Assembly: GCA_963701965.1 (NCBI GenBank)
Contig: OY969695.1
Span: forward strand, 832,001 to 896,000
Direction of reading: 5' to 3'
Origin: an uncultured Gemmatimonadales bacterium
Lineage (GTDB): Bacteria > Gemmatimonadota > Gemmatimonadetes > Gemmatimonadales > Gemmatimonadaceae
Length of the DNA: 64,000 nucleotides
Part shown: positions 1-10,691 of the stretch, in pieces
How positions within the stretch are numbered: position 1 is the stretch's first letter
Layout: every line of letters begins with the position of its first letter
Translations under genes and position numbers: made by a program
Notes under the pieces: model-generated
What the model was told of the DNA's origin: nothing
The model's input: the letters and a program-made list of their open reading frames with translations, nothing else
The model's database searches: none

Positions 1-20
1 TCGGCGGCCTGGGCCTTCTC

Positions 21-752
21 GTGCCGTCGGCGGACACGCCGCCCACGGAGCGCGCCCGCGCGGGCGCGCAGGATATGGTCGCGGCGTCCTTGGACGCGGC
101 CGCCGACCGCGTGATCGGGACCGCGCACCGTCCGGCGCGGATCGGCGTCCTGGCGTCGGGAGGCGGCACCAACATGCTGGCCATCGCCGACTACTTCGCC
201 GGGCATCCCGCGGAGGGCAAGGTGGCGCTCGTCGCGTCGAATCGGCCCGCCGCCGGCGCGCTGACCCGGGCCGCGGAGCGCGGGATCCCGACCGCGGTGA
301 TCGCGAATCCCGACGACGCGGATGCCCTTCTGGCGCTGCTCCGCGCGCACGCGATCGACATCGTGGCCCTGGCCGGTTATCTCAAGCGCGTGCCCGCGGC
401 CGTCACCCACGCCTTTCACGGCAAGATGCTCAACGTGCACCCGGCACTGCTGCCCGATTTCGGCGGCCCGGGGATGCATGGCGAGCGCGTACACATCGCC
501 GTGCTCGCCGCCCGCGTGCCGGTCAGCGGGTCCACCGTGCATTTCGTCGACGAGCAGTACGACCGCGGACCGATCATCGCCCAGAAGACCGTGCCCGTGG
601 AGCCCGATGATACGCCCGCGACGCTGGCCGCGCGCGTGCTGGGCGCCGAGCATGCGCTGTTCCCCCGCGCCGTAGCGGCGGTCGCCACCGGCCTCGTGAC
701 GCTCCAGGCCGACGGGCACGTCGCGGGATCGCTCGATCCGAACACTCCATAG
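21..752 (+). CDS. purN: Phosphoribosylglycinamide formyltransferase (start uncertain; frame open to the window edge, alternative starts at 75 and 111)
   Basis: Motifs IGVLASGGGTN, LAGYLK, NVHPALLP, GSTVHFVDEQYDRGPII; two genes upstream of purH. Confidence 0.95.
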   Translation: MPSADTPPTERARAGAQDMVAASLDAAADRVIGTAHRPARIGVLASGGGTNMLAIADYFAGHPAEGKVALVASNRPAAGALTRAAERGIPTAVIANPDDADALLALLRAHAIDIVALAGYLKRVPAAVTHAFHGKMLNVHPALLPDFGGPGMHGERVHIAVLAARVPVSGSTVHFVDEQYDRGPIIAQKTVPVEPDDTPATLAARVLGAEHALFPRAVAAVATGLVTLQADGHVAGSLDPNTP

Positions 753-763
753 GAGACCGACCC

Positions 764-2821
764 ATTCGCACACGACTGCTCGCGGCTTGTGTTCTGGCCG
801 TCGCGGCACCCGCGTCCGCGCAGACGACGCCTGCCGTCATCGCCGGTTGGATCGCGCTCGACGCCCCCCCTGGCCAAGAGGGCGGCGCCACCGCCATCAT
901 CTCGGCGAGCCTGCCCGGATGGACGCGCGACGCCTTGGGCAACCTGATCGCGCGCAAGGGCAGCGGGACGCCGCGGCGGGTCGTGGCCTGCGGGCTCGAT
1001 GACGGCGGGTATGTCATCTCCGAGATCACCGACTCGGGGTACGCGCGGTTGGCGTCGCCCACCGGGCGCGGACGGCATGCGGCGCTCTGGGATCAGTTTC
1101 ACGAAGGCCAGCGCGTGCGGATCCTCACGCGTAATGGCGCGTTGCCCGGCGTGACCGCCGTCCGCAGCACACATCTGTGGCGGCGCCGGTCGACGCCCGA
1201 GGCGCCGGTCACCGTGGACGATCTCTGGCTCGACGTCGGCGCGCGCTCGCGGGCCGAGGTGGCGGCCATGGGCATTCGAATCCTCGATCCCGTCGAGCGC
1301 GAGTGGCCGCCGTGGCAGTTCGCCGACGCCGTCGCCGGACCGAACGCCGCCGGGCGCGCCGGCTGCGCGGCGGTGGCGACGGCGGCACAGGGCACGCCGC
1401 AGCACGGCGAGACCGTGTGGGTGATCAGCGTGCAGCATAGCTACGGCGACGCGGGCTTGGCGGCGGTGCTGGCGCGCCTGGGTCGCGTCGACTCCCTCGT
1501 GCTCGTTGGCTCCGAGCGCGTGCATCCCGACAGCACGACCCCCGTCACGCAGACCAATCTCCCCGCCACGCCCCGATCGGGCGCGGCGCTGGGCATGACG
1601 GTGCGATCAACGTTCCCCGGCACGCTCGTGGAGGTGGTGCGCACCGGCGACGTGGCACAGCTCATGACCGCCGTGGCCCGGGCATCGGGCCTCGCGGCGG
1701 CGCCTGCCCCGGTGCCGCTCCGCGGCGTTCCCACAGCGCCGCCCTTCGAATCGGCGAAAGACAGCCTGTCGACCGTGGCCGATCTGATCGGCCATCTCAC
1801 GGACATCTACGGACCTTCGGGCCACGAAGGCGACGTGCGCCGGTTCGTCCAGAGCGCGCTGCCGGCGGCGTGGGCCCACCGCGGTCCGGCGGTGGACAGC
1901 GCGGGCAACTTGTTCGTGGCCGCCGGTCCACCGCGCGATACGGTGGTGTTCATCGCCCACATGGACGAGTTGGGCTTCCATATCATCCGCATCGAGCATG
2001 ACGGCCGCGTCGTGCTCACGGCCCTGGGCGGATTCTACAACTCGCTATGGGAAGGCGAGCCGGCGCTGCTGCACTTCGACGGCCACCCCGCGGCGTCGGG
2101 GTGCGCGCTCGGCGATCCGCCGCTGCGCGGCGTCTTCATCCCGCGCACCGCGGCCACGGTGACGGCCAAGGAACCCGACACGCTCTCGGCGTGGTTCGGC
2201 GTCGACTCCGCCGCGCTGGCGGGCTGCGGCGTCCATCCCGGCATGGCCGTCACGTCGTTCAAGCGCGCGACGCGCGTCGGTCCTACGCGGTTCAGCGCCC
2301 GATCGATCGACGATCGCGCGGGCGTCACCGCGTTTCTGCTCGCGCTCCGCGACATCGATCCCGCGAAGCTGGATCACACCGTGATCTTCGACTTCTCGAC
2401 GCGCGAAGAGACCGGTCTCTATGGCGCGCACGCGTTAGCCAGCTTCCTCGGCCCCACGGTGAAACGGGTGCACGCCGTCGACACGTTCGTGTCGTCGGAC
2501 TCGCCCCTCGAGTCGCGCCGGTTTGCCTACGCGCCGATCGGCGCCGGCGCCGTCGAGCGGGCCATGGACAACTCCAGCGTCACGCCGGCCGCCGACGTCG
2601 AACGCGTGCGACTGATCGCCGAGTCGGCGCACATTCCCCTCCAGATCGGAACGACGAACGGCGGGAACGACGGATCGGAGCTGGTCCGCTACGGCGCGAT
2701 CAACGCGCCGCTGTCGTGGCCCCTCCGCTATAGCCATTCGCCGGCCGAGTTGGTCGACCTCTCCGACATTCACGCGTTGGCGCTCCTGGTCGCAGCGGTC
2801 GCCACGGCACCGGTACACTGA
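764..2821 (+). CDS. Secreted M42/M20-family metallopeptidase with duplicated domain; apparent ATT start
   Basis: C-terminal half has AHMDELG, DDRAG, REETG and YSHSP; N-terminal half is a degenerate copy. The frame extends upstream of 935 through a signal peptide to ATT764, which follows AGGAG. Confidence 0.85.
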   Translation: MRTRLLAACVLAVAAPASAQTTPAVIAGWIALDAPPGQEGGATAIISASLPGWTRDALGNLIARKGSGTPRRVVACGLDDGGYVISEITDSGYARLASPTGRGRHAALWDQFHEGQRVRILTRNGALPGVTAVRSTHLWRRRSTPEAPVTVDDLWLDVGARSRAEVAAMGIRILDPVEREWPPWQFADAVAGPNAAGRAGCAAVATAAQGTPQHGETVWVISVQHSYGDAGLAAVLARLGRVDSLVLVGSERVHPDSTTPVTQTNLPATPRSGAALGMTVRSTFPGTLVEVVRTGDVAQLMTAVARASGLAAAPAPVPLRGVPTAPPFESAKDSLSTVADLIGHLTDIYGPSGHEGDVRRFVQSALPAAWAHRGPAVDSAGNLFVAAGPPRDTVVFIAHMDELGFHIIRIEHDGRVVLTALGGFYNSLWEGEPALLHFDGHPAASGCALGDPPLRGVFIPRTAATVTAKEPDTLSAWFGVDSAALAGCGVHPGMAVTSFKRATRVGPTRFSARSIDDRAGVTAFLLALRDIDPAKLDHTVIFDFSTREETGLYGAHALASFLGPTVKRVHAVDTFVSSDSPLESRRFAYAPIGAGAVERAMDNSSVTPAADVERVRLIAESAHIPLQIGTTNGGNDGSELVRYGAINAPLSWPLRYSHSPAELVDLSDIHALALLVAAVATAPVH

Positions 2822-2823
2822 TC

Positions 2824-4356
2824 ATGCCCATTGCTCTGCTGTCCGTCACCGACAAGACTGGCCTCGTCGAGTTCGCCCACGGCCTGACCGATCTCGGTTG
2901 GGAGCTGCTGTCGACCGGCGGCACCGCGTCGTTGCTGCGCGAGGCCGGCCTCACCGTGCGCGAGGTGAGCGAGGAGACCGGATTGGCCGAGATGCTCGAC
3001 GGCCGCGTGAAAACGCTCCACCCCGCGATTCACGGCGGCATCTTGGCCCGGCGCGACGATCGCGACCACATGCGCCAGCTCAACGCCGCCGGGTATCGGC
3101 CGATCGATCTCGTGGGCGTGAATCTCTACGCGTTCGCGGCGGCGGCGGCGACCGCCGGCATCGCGCCGGCCGAGGTGGTCGAGCGTATCGACATTGGCGG
3201 TCCCGCCTTGTTGCGTTCCGCCGCCAAGAATTTCGCCCACGTGTTGCCCGTGGTCGATCCGGCGGACTATTCCGCCGTGCTGGCCGCCCTCCGGGCCGGC
3301 AACGCCGACGCCGCGTTTCGGCGCCGGCTGGCGCAAAAAGTGTACGCCCACACCGCCGGGTACGACGCGGCCGTGGCCACGTGGTTCGCGGGGCAGATCG
3401 GCGAGGTGTTCCCCGAGCGGTACACGGCGGCGTTCGAGCGCGCCCAGATGCTGCGCTACGGCGAGAATCCCGATCAGCGCGCCGCGTTCTACGTCGAGCA
3501 CGCAGGAGCCGGCCTGTCCGGACTCCGGCAGCTGGGCGGCAAGGAGCTGTCATTCAACAATCTGCTCGATCTCGATGGCGCGCTCATGGCCATCGATCCG
3601 TTCACCGACGACACGTGCTGCGCCATCATCAAGCACACCACGCCGTGCGGGGTGGCCATCGCCTCGACCGCGGCCGAGGCCTATCGGAAGGCCCTGGCGT
3701 GCGATCCGGTCTCTGCTTTCGGGTCGGTGATCGCCTTCACGACTCCCGTGGACGACGAGGCCGCGAGCGCCGTCTCCAATCTGTTCGTCGAGTGTCTGGT
3801 CGCGCCCGCGTTCAGCGACAGCGCCCTCGAGCTCCTCGGGCGCAAGAAGAACCTGCGCATCCTGGTAGGTCGGGCGCCGTGGACCGCCGGCGCCATGGAC
3901 TTCAAGCGGGTGCGGGGCGGCGTGCTGGTGCAGGATCGGGCCGCGCCGCCCGCCGACACGAACGCATGGACCGTGGTGACGGCGCGGGCCCCGACGGACG
4001 CCGAGCGGAGCGATCTCGGATTCGCCTGGCGCACGGTGGCCAGCGTCAAGAGCAACGCCATCGTGCTGGCGCGCGACGGCGCGACTATCGGCATCGGCGC
4101 GGGCCAGATGTCGCGCGTCGACGCCGCGTATCTGGCCGGGCACAAAGCGCGGTCGGTGGGGTTGGAGACCGCGGGCGCCGTACTGGGGTCGGACGCGTTC
4201 TTCCCGTTTCGCGACGGGATCGACCAGGCCGCCCAGGCCGGCGTCCGGGCCGTGATCCAACCCGGCGGTTCGGTGCGTGACGACGAAGTCATCGCCGCCG
4301 CCAACGAGCACGGCATGGCCATGGTGTTCACCGGGCGGAGGACGTTCCGCCACTAG
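2824..4356 (+). CDS. purH: Bifunctional AICAR formyltransferase/IMP cyclohydrolase
   Basis: ALLSVTDKTG, GRVKTLHP, IDIGGP, LRYGENP, KSNAI, SDAFFPF, QPGGSVRD. Confidence 0.98.
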   Translation: MPIALLSVTDKTGLVEFAHGLTDLGWELLSTGGTASLLREAGLTVREVSEETGLAEMLDGRVKTLHPAIHGGILARRDDRDHMRQLNAAGYRPIDLVGVNLYAFAAAAATAGIAPAEVVERIDIGGPALLRSAAKNFAHVLPVVDPADYSAVLAALRAGNADAAFRRRLAQKVYAHTAGYDAAVATWFAGQIGEVFPERYTAAFERAQMLRYGENPDQRAAFYVEHAGAGLSGLRQLGGKELSFNNLLDLDGALMAIDPFTDDTCCAIIKHTTPCGVAIASTAAEAYRKALACDPVSAFGSVIAFTTPVDDEAASAVSNLFVECLVAPAFSDSALELLGRKKNLRILVGRAPWTAGAMDFKRVRGGVLVQDRAAPPADTNAWTVVTARAPTDAERSDLGFAWRTVASVKSNAIVLARDGATIGIGAGQMSRVDAAYLAGHKARSVGLETAGAVLGSDAFFPFRDGIDQAAQAGVRAVIQPGGSVRDDEVIAAANEHGMAMVFTGRRTFRH

Positions 4357-4432
4357 CGCCCGCGGGCGGCACTCAGGCCCGCGTACTTTTGGCACTGGTT
4401 GCGCGCCGCATCTCCTGCCAGATTAGGTGTTT

Positions 4433-6829
4433 ATGTCATCTTCGACCCTCAAGCGCGCCGACAAGCGGGACGTCGGCTACCCGGCCTCCGGGAGCCGCGC
4501 CGCGCGGCGCGCCGGCACGGCGCCCGACGTGGACGAACGTCCGTCGTACGGCATCGCGGCGATCGCCGCGGCGCTCGTGTTCATTTTGTATCTGATCACG
4601 CTCTCCCCGTCGACCGCGATGTGGGATACGAGCGAGTACATCGCCGCGGCGTACGTGCTCGGGATTCCGCACCCGCCCGGCAATCCGTTCTTCGTGATTC
4701 TCGGCCACACAATCGGCGTGTTGCCGATCGCGCCGAACTTTGCCCAGCGGATCAACATCCTGGCGGCCTTCTGTAGTGCCGCATCGGCCGGCATGTGGTT
4801 TTTGATCACCGAGCGGGTGCTCGCCGGATGGTTGCCCCGAGCGTTGGCAGCGGATCCTCGGCGCCTCGGCCGCCGTGGTGATCGGCGCGACCGCATTCAC
4901 CGTGTGGAACCAGTCGGTTGTCAACGAAAAGGTCTACACGGTTTCCCTGCTCTTCTTCGCCATCGTGTCGTGGCTGACCGTCCGCTGGTGCGACGATCCC
5001 GATGGCCCGAAGGCCGACCGCCTGCTGATCCTGGCGGCCTATCTCTGCGGCCTGGGATACGCGAACCACCCGGCGGGCTTTCTCGTGGCGCCGGCCGTGG
5101 CCGTCGCCGTGTTGGTGCGCCGTCCGTTGACGCTGCTCCGGTGGAAGCTCCTGTTGGCCTGCGTGGGCGCGGTCATCATTGGACTCACGCCGTTCATCTC
5201 GAGCCGCTGCGGGCCGCGCACTTCCCCGCCATCAATGAAGGCGAGCCGACGGCCTGCACGACGCAGATCACGGCCTCCTGCACGCTGAACAAGGTCACGT
5301 ACCAACGGTTGATGGATAACATCAATCGCGTGCAGTACGGCAAGCCGGACGTGAGCGAGCGACAGGCGCCGTTCGCGGCGCAGGTCAACATGTGGTGGCT
5401 GTACTTCAAGTGGCAGTGGCTCCGCGACCCGCACGGCGAGCACCCTGGCATCCAGCAGGGTCTGGCCATGGCGTTCCTGCTGTTCGGCATCATCGGCGGC
5501 TACGCCCACTGGAAATACGATCGACGAAGTTTCTGGTTCTTCGGGCCGTTGGTGGCGACCGTCACGGTCGCGCTGATCGTGTATCTGAACTTCAAGTACG
5601 GGTACTCGGAATCGCCGGAGCTGGGTGATTCCGTGGCCCGCGAAGTCCGCGACCGCGACTACTTCTACCTGTGGTCCTTCTCGGCATGGAGCGTGTGGGC
5701 GGCGCTCGGCCTGGTATTCATCTGGGAGTCGTTCGCCTCGCTGTTCGGGACGGAGCCGGGCGCGCGGGGGGTCGGCATCGTGCCGCGCGAGCGCAGCTGG
5801 CTGTACACCTCGCCGGTGTTCGCGCTGGCGCTCATCCCGCTCTTCACCAACTGGCACGCGGCGTCGCGGGCCCACCAGACCGACACGCGGGACTTCGCGA
5901 AGGACCTGCTGGATTCGGTGGAGCCGTATGGGATCCTGGTGACGGTCGGCGACAACGACACGTTCCCGCTCTGGTACGCGCAGGAAGTCGAAGGCATCCG
6001 CAAGGACGTCGTCGTCGCCAACACGTCGTTGCTCAACACCGACTGGTTCACGCGGCAGATGATCCGGCGGCCCGTGTATGCGTACGATTCGTTGAAGGGA
6101 CCGTCGGTCTACCGCGGCCGCGTGTGGACGAAGCCGACGACGCCGGTGCTCTCGATGTCGATCGCCAATGCCGACGCGGTGCCGTTAGCCGTGGAGTTGC
6201 CCGGTCCGCAGGTGTTCAAGAAGCCCGGCACGGACATCGTCGCGACGATCGACCCACGCAATCTCCAGCACGGGCTGCTGGAGCGCGCCGACGTGTTCGT
6301 GTTGCGGGCGATTCTCGACAACAACGTGCGCCCCGTGTATCTGAGCAGCACGTCCGGCAACTACGGTCTCCAGCTCGGCCTGCAGGATTACCTGCTGAGT
6401 CAGGGATTGGCCCGGAAGATCCTGCCGTCGGCACCCACGGCGACGAAGGACACGGTCAAGCTCCCCAGCGAAGGTTGGGTCGACGTCAAGCGCTCGTTGG
6501 CGTTGTGGCAGCACGACTTCGAGGCGCCGGCGTCGCTCATCAAACGCGGCGATTGGGTCGACAAGCCGTCGGTGAACATCCCCGCGCTCTATGTCATGAA
6601 CGGCTACTTCCTGGCCGAGGCGCTCGGCGAGTCGGGCGACTCGGAGAATGCGCGCAAGATTCTGGAGACAGCCACGCAGGTGGCGCGCGCGACCCACTTG
6701 AACGATTTGATCGGTCCGGCACCGGCAGCCGCGCCGCCCCCGACGTTGGGCGATACGCTGTCGCGTGTGCCCCTGGGTCCCCGGCGCTCCGTTCCACCGC
6801 CAGCCCCGACCGAGCCGCCGAAACACTGA
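4433..6829 (+). CDS. DUF2723/TMEM260-like membrane glycosyltransferase, with two compensating frameshifts (~4837, ~5200)
   Basis: WDTSEYIAAAYVLGIPHPPGNP, EVRDRDYFY, GDNDTFPLWYAQEVEG; the TM segment at 4840-5200 reads correctly only in the 4875..5288 frame. Confidence 0.85.
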   Translation: MSSSTLKRADKRDVGYPASGSRAARRAGTAPDVDERPSYGIAAIAAALVFILYLITLSPSTAMWDTSEYIAAAYVLGIPHPPGNPFFVILGHTIGVLPIAPNFAQRINILAAFCSAASAGMWFLITERVLAGWLPRALAADPRRLGRRGDRRDRIHRVEPVGCQRKGLHGFPALLRHRVVADRPLVRRSRWPEGRPPADPGGLSLRPGIREPPGGLSRGAGRGRRRVGAPSVDAAPVEAPVGLRGRGHHWTHAVHLEPLRAAHFPAINEGEPTACTTQITASCTLNKVTYQRLMDNINRVQYGKPDVSERQAPFAAQVNMWWLYFKWQWLRDPHGEHPGIQQGLAMAFLLFGIIGGYAHWKYDRRSFWFFGPLVATVTVALIVYLNFKYGYSESPELGDSVAREVRDRDYFYLWSFSAWSVWAALGLVFIWESFASLFGTEPGARGVGIVPRERSWLYTSPVFALALIPLFTNWHAASRAHQTDTRDFAKDLLDSVEPYGILVTVGDNDTFPLWYAQEVEGIRKDVVVANTSLLNTDWFTRQMIRRPVYAYDSLKGPSVYRGRVWTKPTTPVLSMSIANADAVPLAVELPGPQVFKKPGTDIVATIDPRNLQHGLLERADVFVLRAILDNNVRPVYLSSTSGNYGLQLGLQDYLLSQGLARKILPSAPTATKDTVKLPSEGWVDVKRSLALWQHDFEAPASLIKRGDWVDKPSVNIPALYVMNGYFLAEALGESGDSENARKILETATQVARATHLNDLIGPAPAAAPPPTLGDTLSRVPLGPRRSVPPPAPTEPPKH

Positions 6830-6872
6830 CCGACCCGTCACGCAATTTCGCCTGTCGCAATTTCGCCTGTCG

Positions 6873-6922
6873 CGCGCGCCCCGCACCCTTCGCTTCACTT
6901 GGGTGCGGGGCGCGCGTTTTTT
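6873..6922 (+). terminator. Rho-independent terminator
   Basis: 16-bp stem CGCGCGCCCCGCACCC / GGGTGCGGGGCGCGCG followed by TTTTTT. Confidence 0.85.
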
Positions 6923-7052
6923 GGGTATCGGACTTCTGACAAGCGGGTAATGATCCTGTAACACCCCCTTGGGGCGCTGGTGGCGTCGACCCGGACGTTA
7001 GAACCTAGTGCGCGCATTCTTGTCGCTCCCACCACGCACCTAGGGAACACTC

Positions 7053-8541
7053 GTGCAAATCCTCGGCGAACCCATCACCCTCGTCACCGGTCTCTTCTTG
7101 GTGCTCGCGCTGGGACTCGCGCTGAGCTTCGAGTTTGTAAACGGCTTCCACGACACAGCCAACGCGGTCGCGACCGTCATCTACACGCACTCGCTCAAGC
7201 CCAATGTCGCGGTGGTCTGGTCGGGGATGTGGAACCTGATCGGTGTGCTCGTCTCCACGGGCGCGGTGGCGTTCGGTATCGTCGCGCTGCTGCCCGTTGA
7301 ACTCGTGATCAACGTGGGGTCGGGCGCGGGATGGGCCATGGTGTTCGCGCTGCTCATATCGGCGATCATCTCGGAACCTCGGCACGTGGTATCTGGGTCT
7401 GCCGGCCTCGAGCTCGCACACGCTGATCGGTTCGATCATGGGTGTGGGATTGGCGAACTCGCTGCTGGCCAGCGGCCACGTGTTCGGCGAGGGCGTGAAC
7501 TGGGCCAAGGCGCAGGAGGTCGGCAGCTCGCTCTTGATCTCGCCCCTCGTCGGCTTCTGCTGCGCGGGTTTGCTGCTCCTCCTGGCCAAGTTCCTGATCA
7601 AGCGCCCCGACCTGTATCACTCGCCGGAGCCGGGCAAGGCGCCGCCGCACTGGATCCGCGGTCTCCTGGTCCTGACCTGCACGGGTGTGAGCTTCGCGCA
7701 CGGATCGAACGATGGGCAGAAGGGCATGGGGCTCATCATGTTGATCCTCATCGGCATCCTGCCCGGCGCCTACGCGCTCAACAGCGCGTCGTCGCAGAAG
7801 GACCTCACGCAGATCGTGGCCATGGCGACCGCGGCGGCGCCTGTGCTCCAGCGGCATGCACCGGACGACCCGCTGACGCCCGACGCGGCGAATGCGTCGC
7901 TGTCGGCGTTTCTCAAGACGACGGGCAAGGTGAGCGATACGACCTACGCGGCGTTGGCCGAGGTCGCGACGCAGCTCGGCGGCGAGCTGCAGGGGAAGAA
8001 CAATTTCAACGATCTCCCGCGCGACGATCGCAAGCACGTGCGGACCGAGATGTATCTCGTGCAAAGCTCGATCGAGAAGCTCGACAAGCAGAAGCTCCTG
8101 ACCGATCCGACGGAGAAGAAGCAACTGGTCGATCTCAAGAAGGGTCTCGAGAAGGCGACCAAGTTCATTCCCGACTGGGTAAAGTTCGCGGTCGCGCTGG
8201 CCCTCGGTCTGGGCACGATGATCGGGTGGAAGCGGATCGTCGTCACGGTCGGTGAGAAGATCGGCAAGAGCCACCTGACGTACGCCGAGGGGGCGTCGGC
8301 GGAGTTGGTGGCGATGGCGACGATCGGCGCGGCGGACTACTTCGGCCTTCCGGTCTCCACGACGCACGTGTTGTCGTCGGGCGTCGCCGGCACCATGGCG
8401 GCGAACGGCTCGGGCGTGCAAATGGGCACGCTGCGCAACCTGTTGCTCGCCTGGGTGCTGACGCTTCCCGTCTGTGTCTTCCTCGGCGCGATGACGTTCG
8501 CCGCGGGCTTCTACATCGTCTTGGCGATCGGCCTCAAATAG
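7053..8541 (+). CDS. pit: PiT-family inorganic phosphate transporter (frameshift ~7372)
   Basis: NGFHDTANAVAT, SFAHGSNDGQKGMG, GLPVSTTH; ORFs 7053 and 7438 join if one base is removed in ATCTCGGAAC (restores IWNLGTW). Confidence 0.92.
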
Positions 8542-9815
8542 ATCTTGCCGTTTTTCATGACGAAGACGACGTGACGAATGGCGGCGATCTCCTTGGTGGG
8601 ATCGCCGCTCACGGCGATGATGTCGGCCTTGAGCCCAGGCTCGATCTTCCCGATCTGATCGGCCATCCGCAGCACCGACGCGTCGACCGAGGTCGCCGCC
8701 CGTAGGGCATCGGTCGGCGACATGCCGTAGTCGACGAGCATCTCGACTTCGCGGGCGTTGTCGCCGTGGGCGAACACGCCCACGTCGCTGCCGTTGGCGA
8801 TCGTGACGCCGGCTTCGAGCGCCGCCTTGAAGCTCTGGCGCTTGCGGGTGATCCCGGCGGGCTCGGGATCGACGCCTTTCTTCCAGCCGCGATATTGGCT
8901 GACGGCGTCGCCGGCGGCCAGCGTCGGGATCAACGGGATGTGCTTCGCGGCCATCATTTTGAAGATCTCGGGCGTCCCGTCGTCGCCGTGCTCGATGGTC
9001 TCGACACCGGCGTTGATGGCGCGCCGCATGCCCTCAGCGGTGGTGGCGTGGACGGCCACGGGCCGGCCATATCCGTGGGCGGTGGCCACGGCCAGGCTCA
9101 TCTCATCCTGGGTGAAAGTTGCCATCGCTTCCCCGTGGGGGCCGACGCGATAATCGGCGTAGAGCTTGACCCAGTCGGCGCCGCGCGAGATCTGATCCCG
9201 CACGATGTGCTCGATGGAGCCGAGGTCGGCTTCCTCGGCGCCCTGGGGCGGCTCGAAGGCGTAGGCGGTCCGTGGCGGCCCGTAGGACCCGGTGGCGACG
9301 ATGGCGCGGGTGACGACGAGCATCCGGGGTCCGGGGATGATGCCTTGGTCGATCGCCTGCTTGATGCTGACATCGCCATATCCCGCGCCTTCGGTGCCCA
9401 GATCCCGCAGGGTCGTGAATCCCGCCATCAGCGTCGCCCGGGCGTGCTCCACCGCCCGCGCGGCCCGCAGCACCAGGGGCTCGCGCAAGACCTGATCGTT
9501 CCACGCCGTCTCGTTGTACGGGTGGAGGAACACGTGCGAGTGGGCGTCGATCAGACCGGGCAGCACCGTGGCGTTGGGCAGGTCGATCACCGTAGCGCCG
9601 GCCGGGGCGTCGACGGTGGGCCCGACGGCGACGATGGTGTTGCCGCGCACGAGCACGGACCAATGGCTGTGCATCGTGACGCCGTCGAAGACGCCGGCGG
9701 GATGTAGCACGACGGACGCGGAATCCTGTGCGGCGAGGGGGGCGGCGCATACGCTGCCAGCGACGGCGCTGCCAGCGATCGCTCCGGCGAGAGCTACGAC
9801 CATGGGAATTCGCAT
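8511..9815 (-). CDS. Secreted metal-dependent amidohydrolase (Xaa-Pro dipeptidase-like)
   Basis: Signal peptide; PGLIDAHSH, GFTTLRDLG, TIEHG, GSDVG, G-ADII motifs. Confidence 0.9.
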   Translation of the reverse strand: MRIPMVVALAGAIAGSAVAGSVCAAPLAAQDSASVVLHPAGVFDGVTMHSHWSVLVRGNTIVAVGPTVDAPAGATVIDLPNATVLPGLIDAHSHVFLHPYNETAWNDQVLREPLVLRAARAVEHARATLMAGFTTLRDLGTEGAGYGDVSIKQAIDQGIIPGPRMLVVTRAIVATGSYGPPRTAYAFEPPQGAEEADLGSIEHIVRDQISRGADWVKLYADYRVGPHGEAMATFTQDEMSLAVATAHGYGRPVAVHATTAEGMRRAINAGVETIEHGDDGTPEIFKMMAAKHIPLIPTLAAGDAVSQYRGWKKGVDPEPAGITRKRQSFKAALEAGVTIANGSDVGVFAHGDNAREVEMLVDYGMSPTDALRAATSVDASVLRMADQIGKIEPGLKADIIAVSGDPTKEIAAIRHVVFVMKNGKIYLRPIAKTM

Positions 9816-9973
9816 GCGGTACTATACGTTTCCCTACGCGCAAGAGGCCAGTATGCACGCCAATGGGCCTCCCTCGATCGTGTTACAAACCAACGCGTTG
9901 CGCGGATTGATCTCCGTTCGGCTGGAGCGATGACAGGCGTTGAGGGATAGATCGCAGGGACAGTTCGCCTGCC

Positions 9974-10260
9974 CTACCCCCAACGACGAGCAGCCAATGC
10001 CGTGCGCTGCGCCTCAACATCGGTACCCTGATAAACCGTCACTGGCATCTTGGTCGGACGCCAGCCTCCAACGTCGACCAGGTGGCGTAGCGGAACGCCG
10101 CGCAGCTGGTCGGCGAAACGTCGGCGGAGCGAATGCCAGCTCCGAGTTCGTGGGCGTGCGAGGCGATCGAAAGATCGGTCCGTCGCCGACGACTGGCTGT
10201 GCCGCTCGCTCGGCACGGAGCGCGGCCACCGCAACGTCGGACAACGGCGTCCGATGCAGC
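9974..10260 (-). pseudogene. Tyrosine recombinase C-terminal remnant
   Basis: WHSLRRRFA...GGW...TVYQ (HxLR, W, catalytic Y); preceded in another frame by HRTPLSDVAVAALR..IFRSP; no N-terminus. Confidence 0.8.
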
Positions 10261-10286
10261 CAGCACGAAGATCCTGGATGCCGTGT

Positions 10287-10691
10287 TCAACCACGACGGC
10301 CTTTCGCCCAAGCCCAGGCCGCGATCCGCCATCCCTCGGTGAGCTTGCGAAGCGCCACCGTAAAGACCGCACCGGATTGAGTGACCTGCGTACCGCGCAC
10401 CGTGAAGGTCATGGATGCGGGAACGACGATGTACGCGGTATCTCCTGTGACGTCGACATGCAGCGGCTCGCCCAGAGTCACCGTATACCCTGAAGCACCC
10501 GCATGCTCACCTTCCGCCAACACATCTCGGTACCAATCCTGAGTGGCGGTCGGCCCGTGCCACACATGCGGAGCCATCCCGTCGAGGATCGATCCCGGAA
10601 CGGCAAACGCCGCCGCCATCGCGGTCGAGTCACCGCCGTTGAAACCTTCGATGTATTGCCGGACGGTCGCCAACGGATCGGTCGCAGCCAT
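10287..10691 (-). CDS. SnoaL/NTF2-like protein
   Basis: VRQYIEGFNGGD...GDTAY...FTVALRKLTEGWRIAAW; AGGAG RBS upstream. Confidence 0.8.
   Translation of the reverse strand: MAATDPLATVRQYIEGFNGGDSTAMAAAFAVPGSILDGMAPHVWHGPTATQDWYRDVLAEGEHAGASGYTVTLGEPLHVDVTGDTAYIVVPASMTFTVRGTQVTQSGAVFTVALRKLTEGWRIAAWAWAKGRRG

Noticed and set aside
6841..6870. Tandem 15-mer CGCAATTTCGCCTGT x2
   Set aside because: Only two copies before a terminator; consistent with simple slippage
7360..7380. Programmed ribosomal frameshifting in pit and other split genes
   Set aside because: No slippery heptamers or stimulatory structures; not expected for these families
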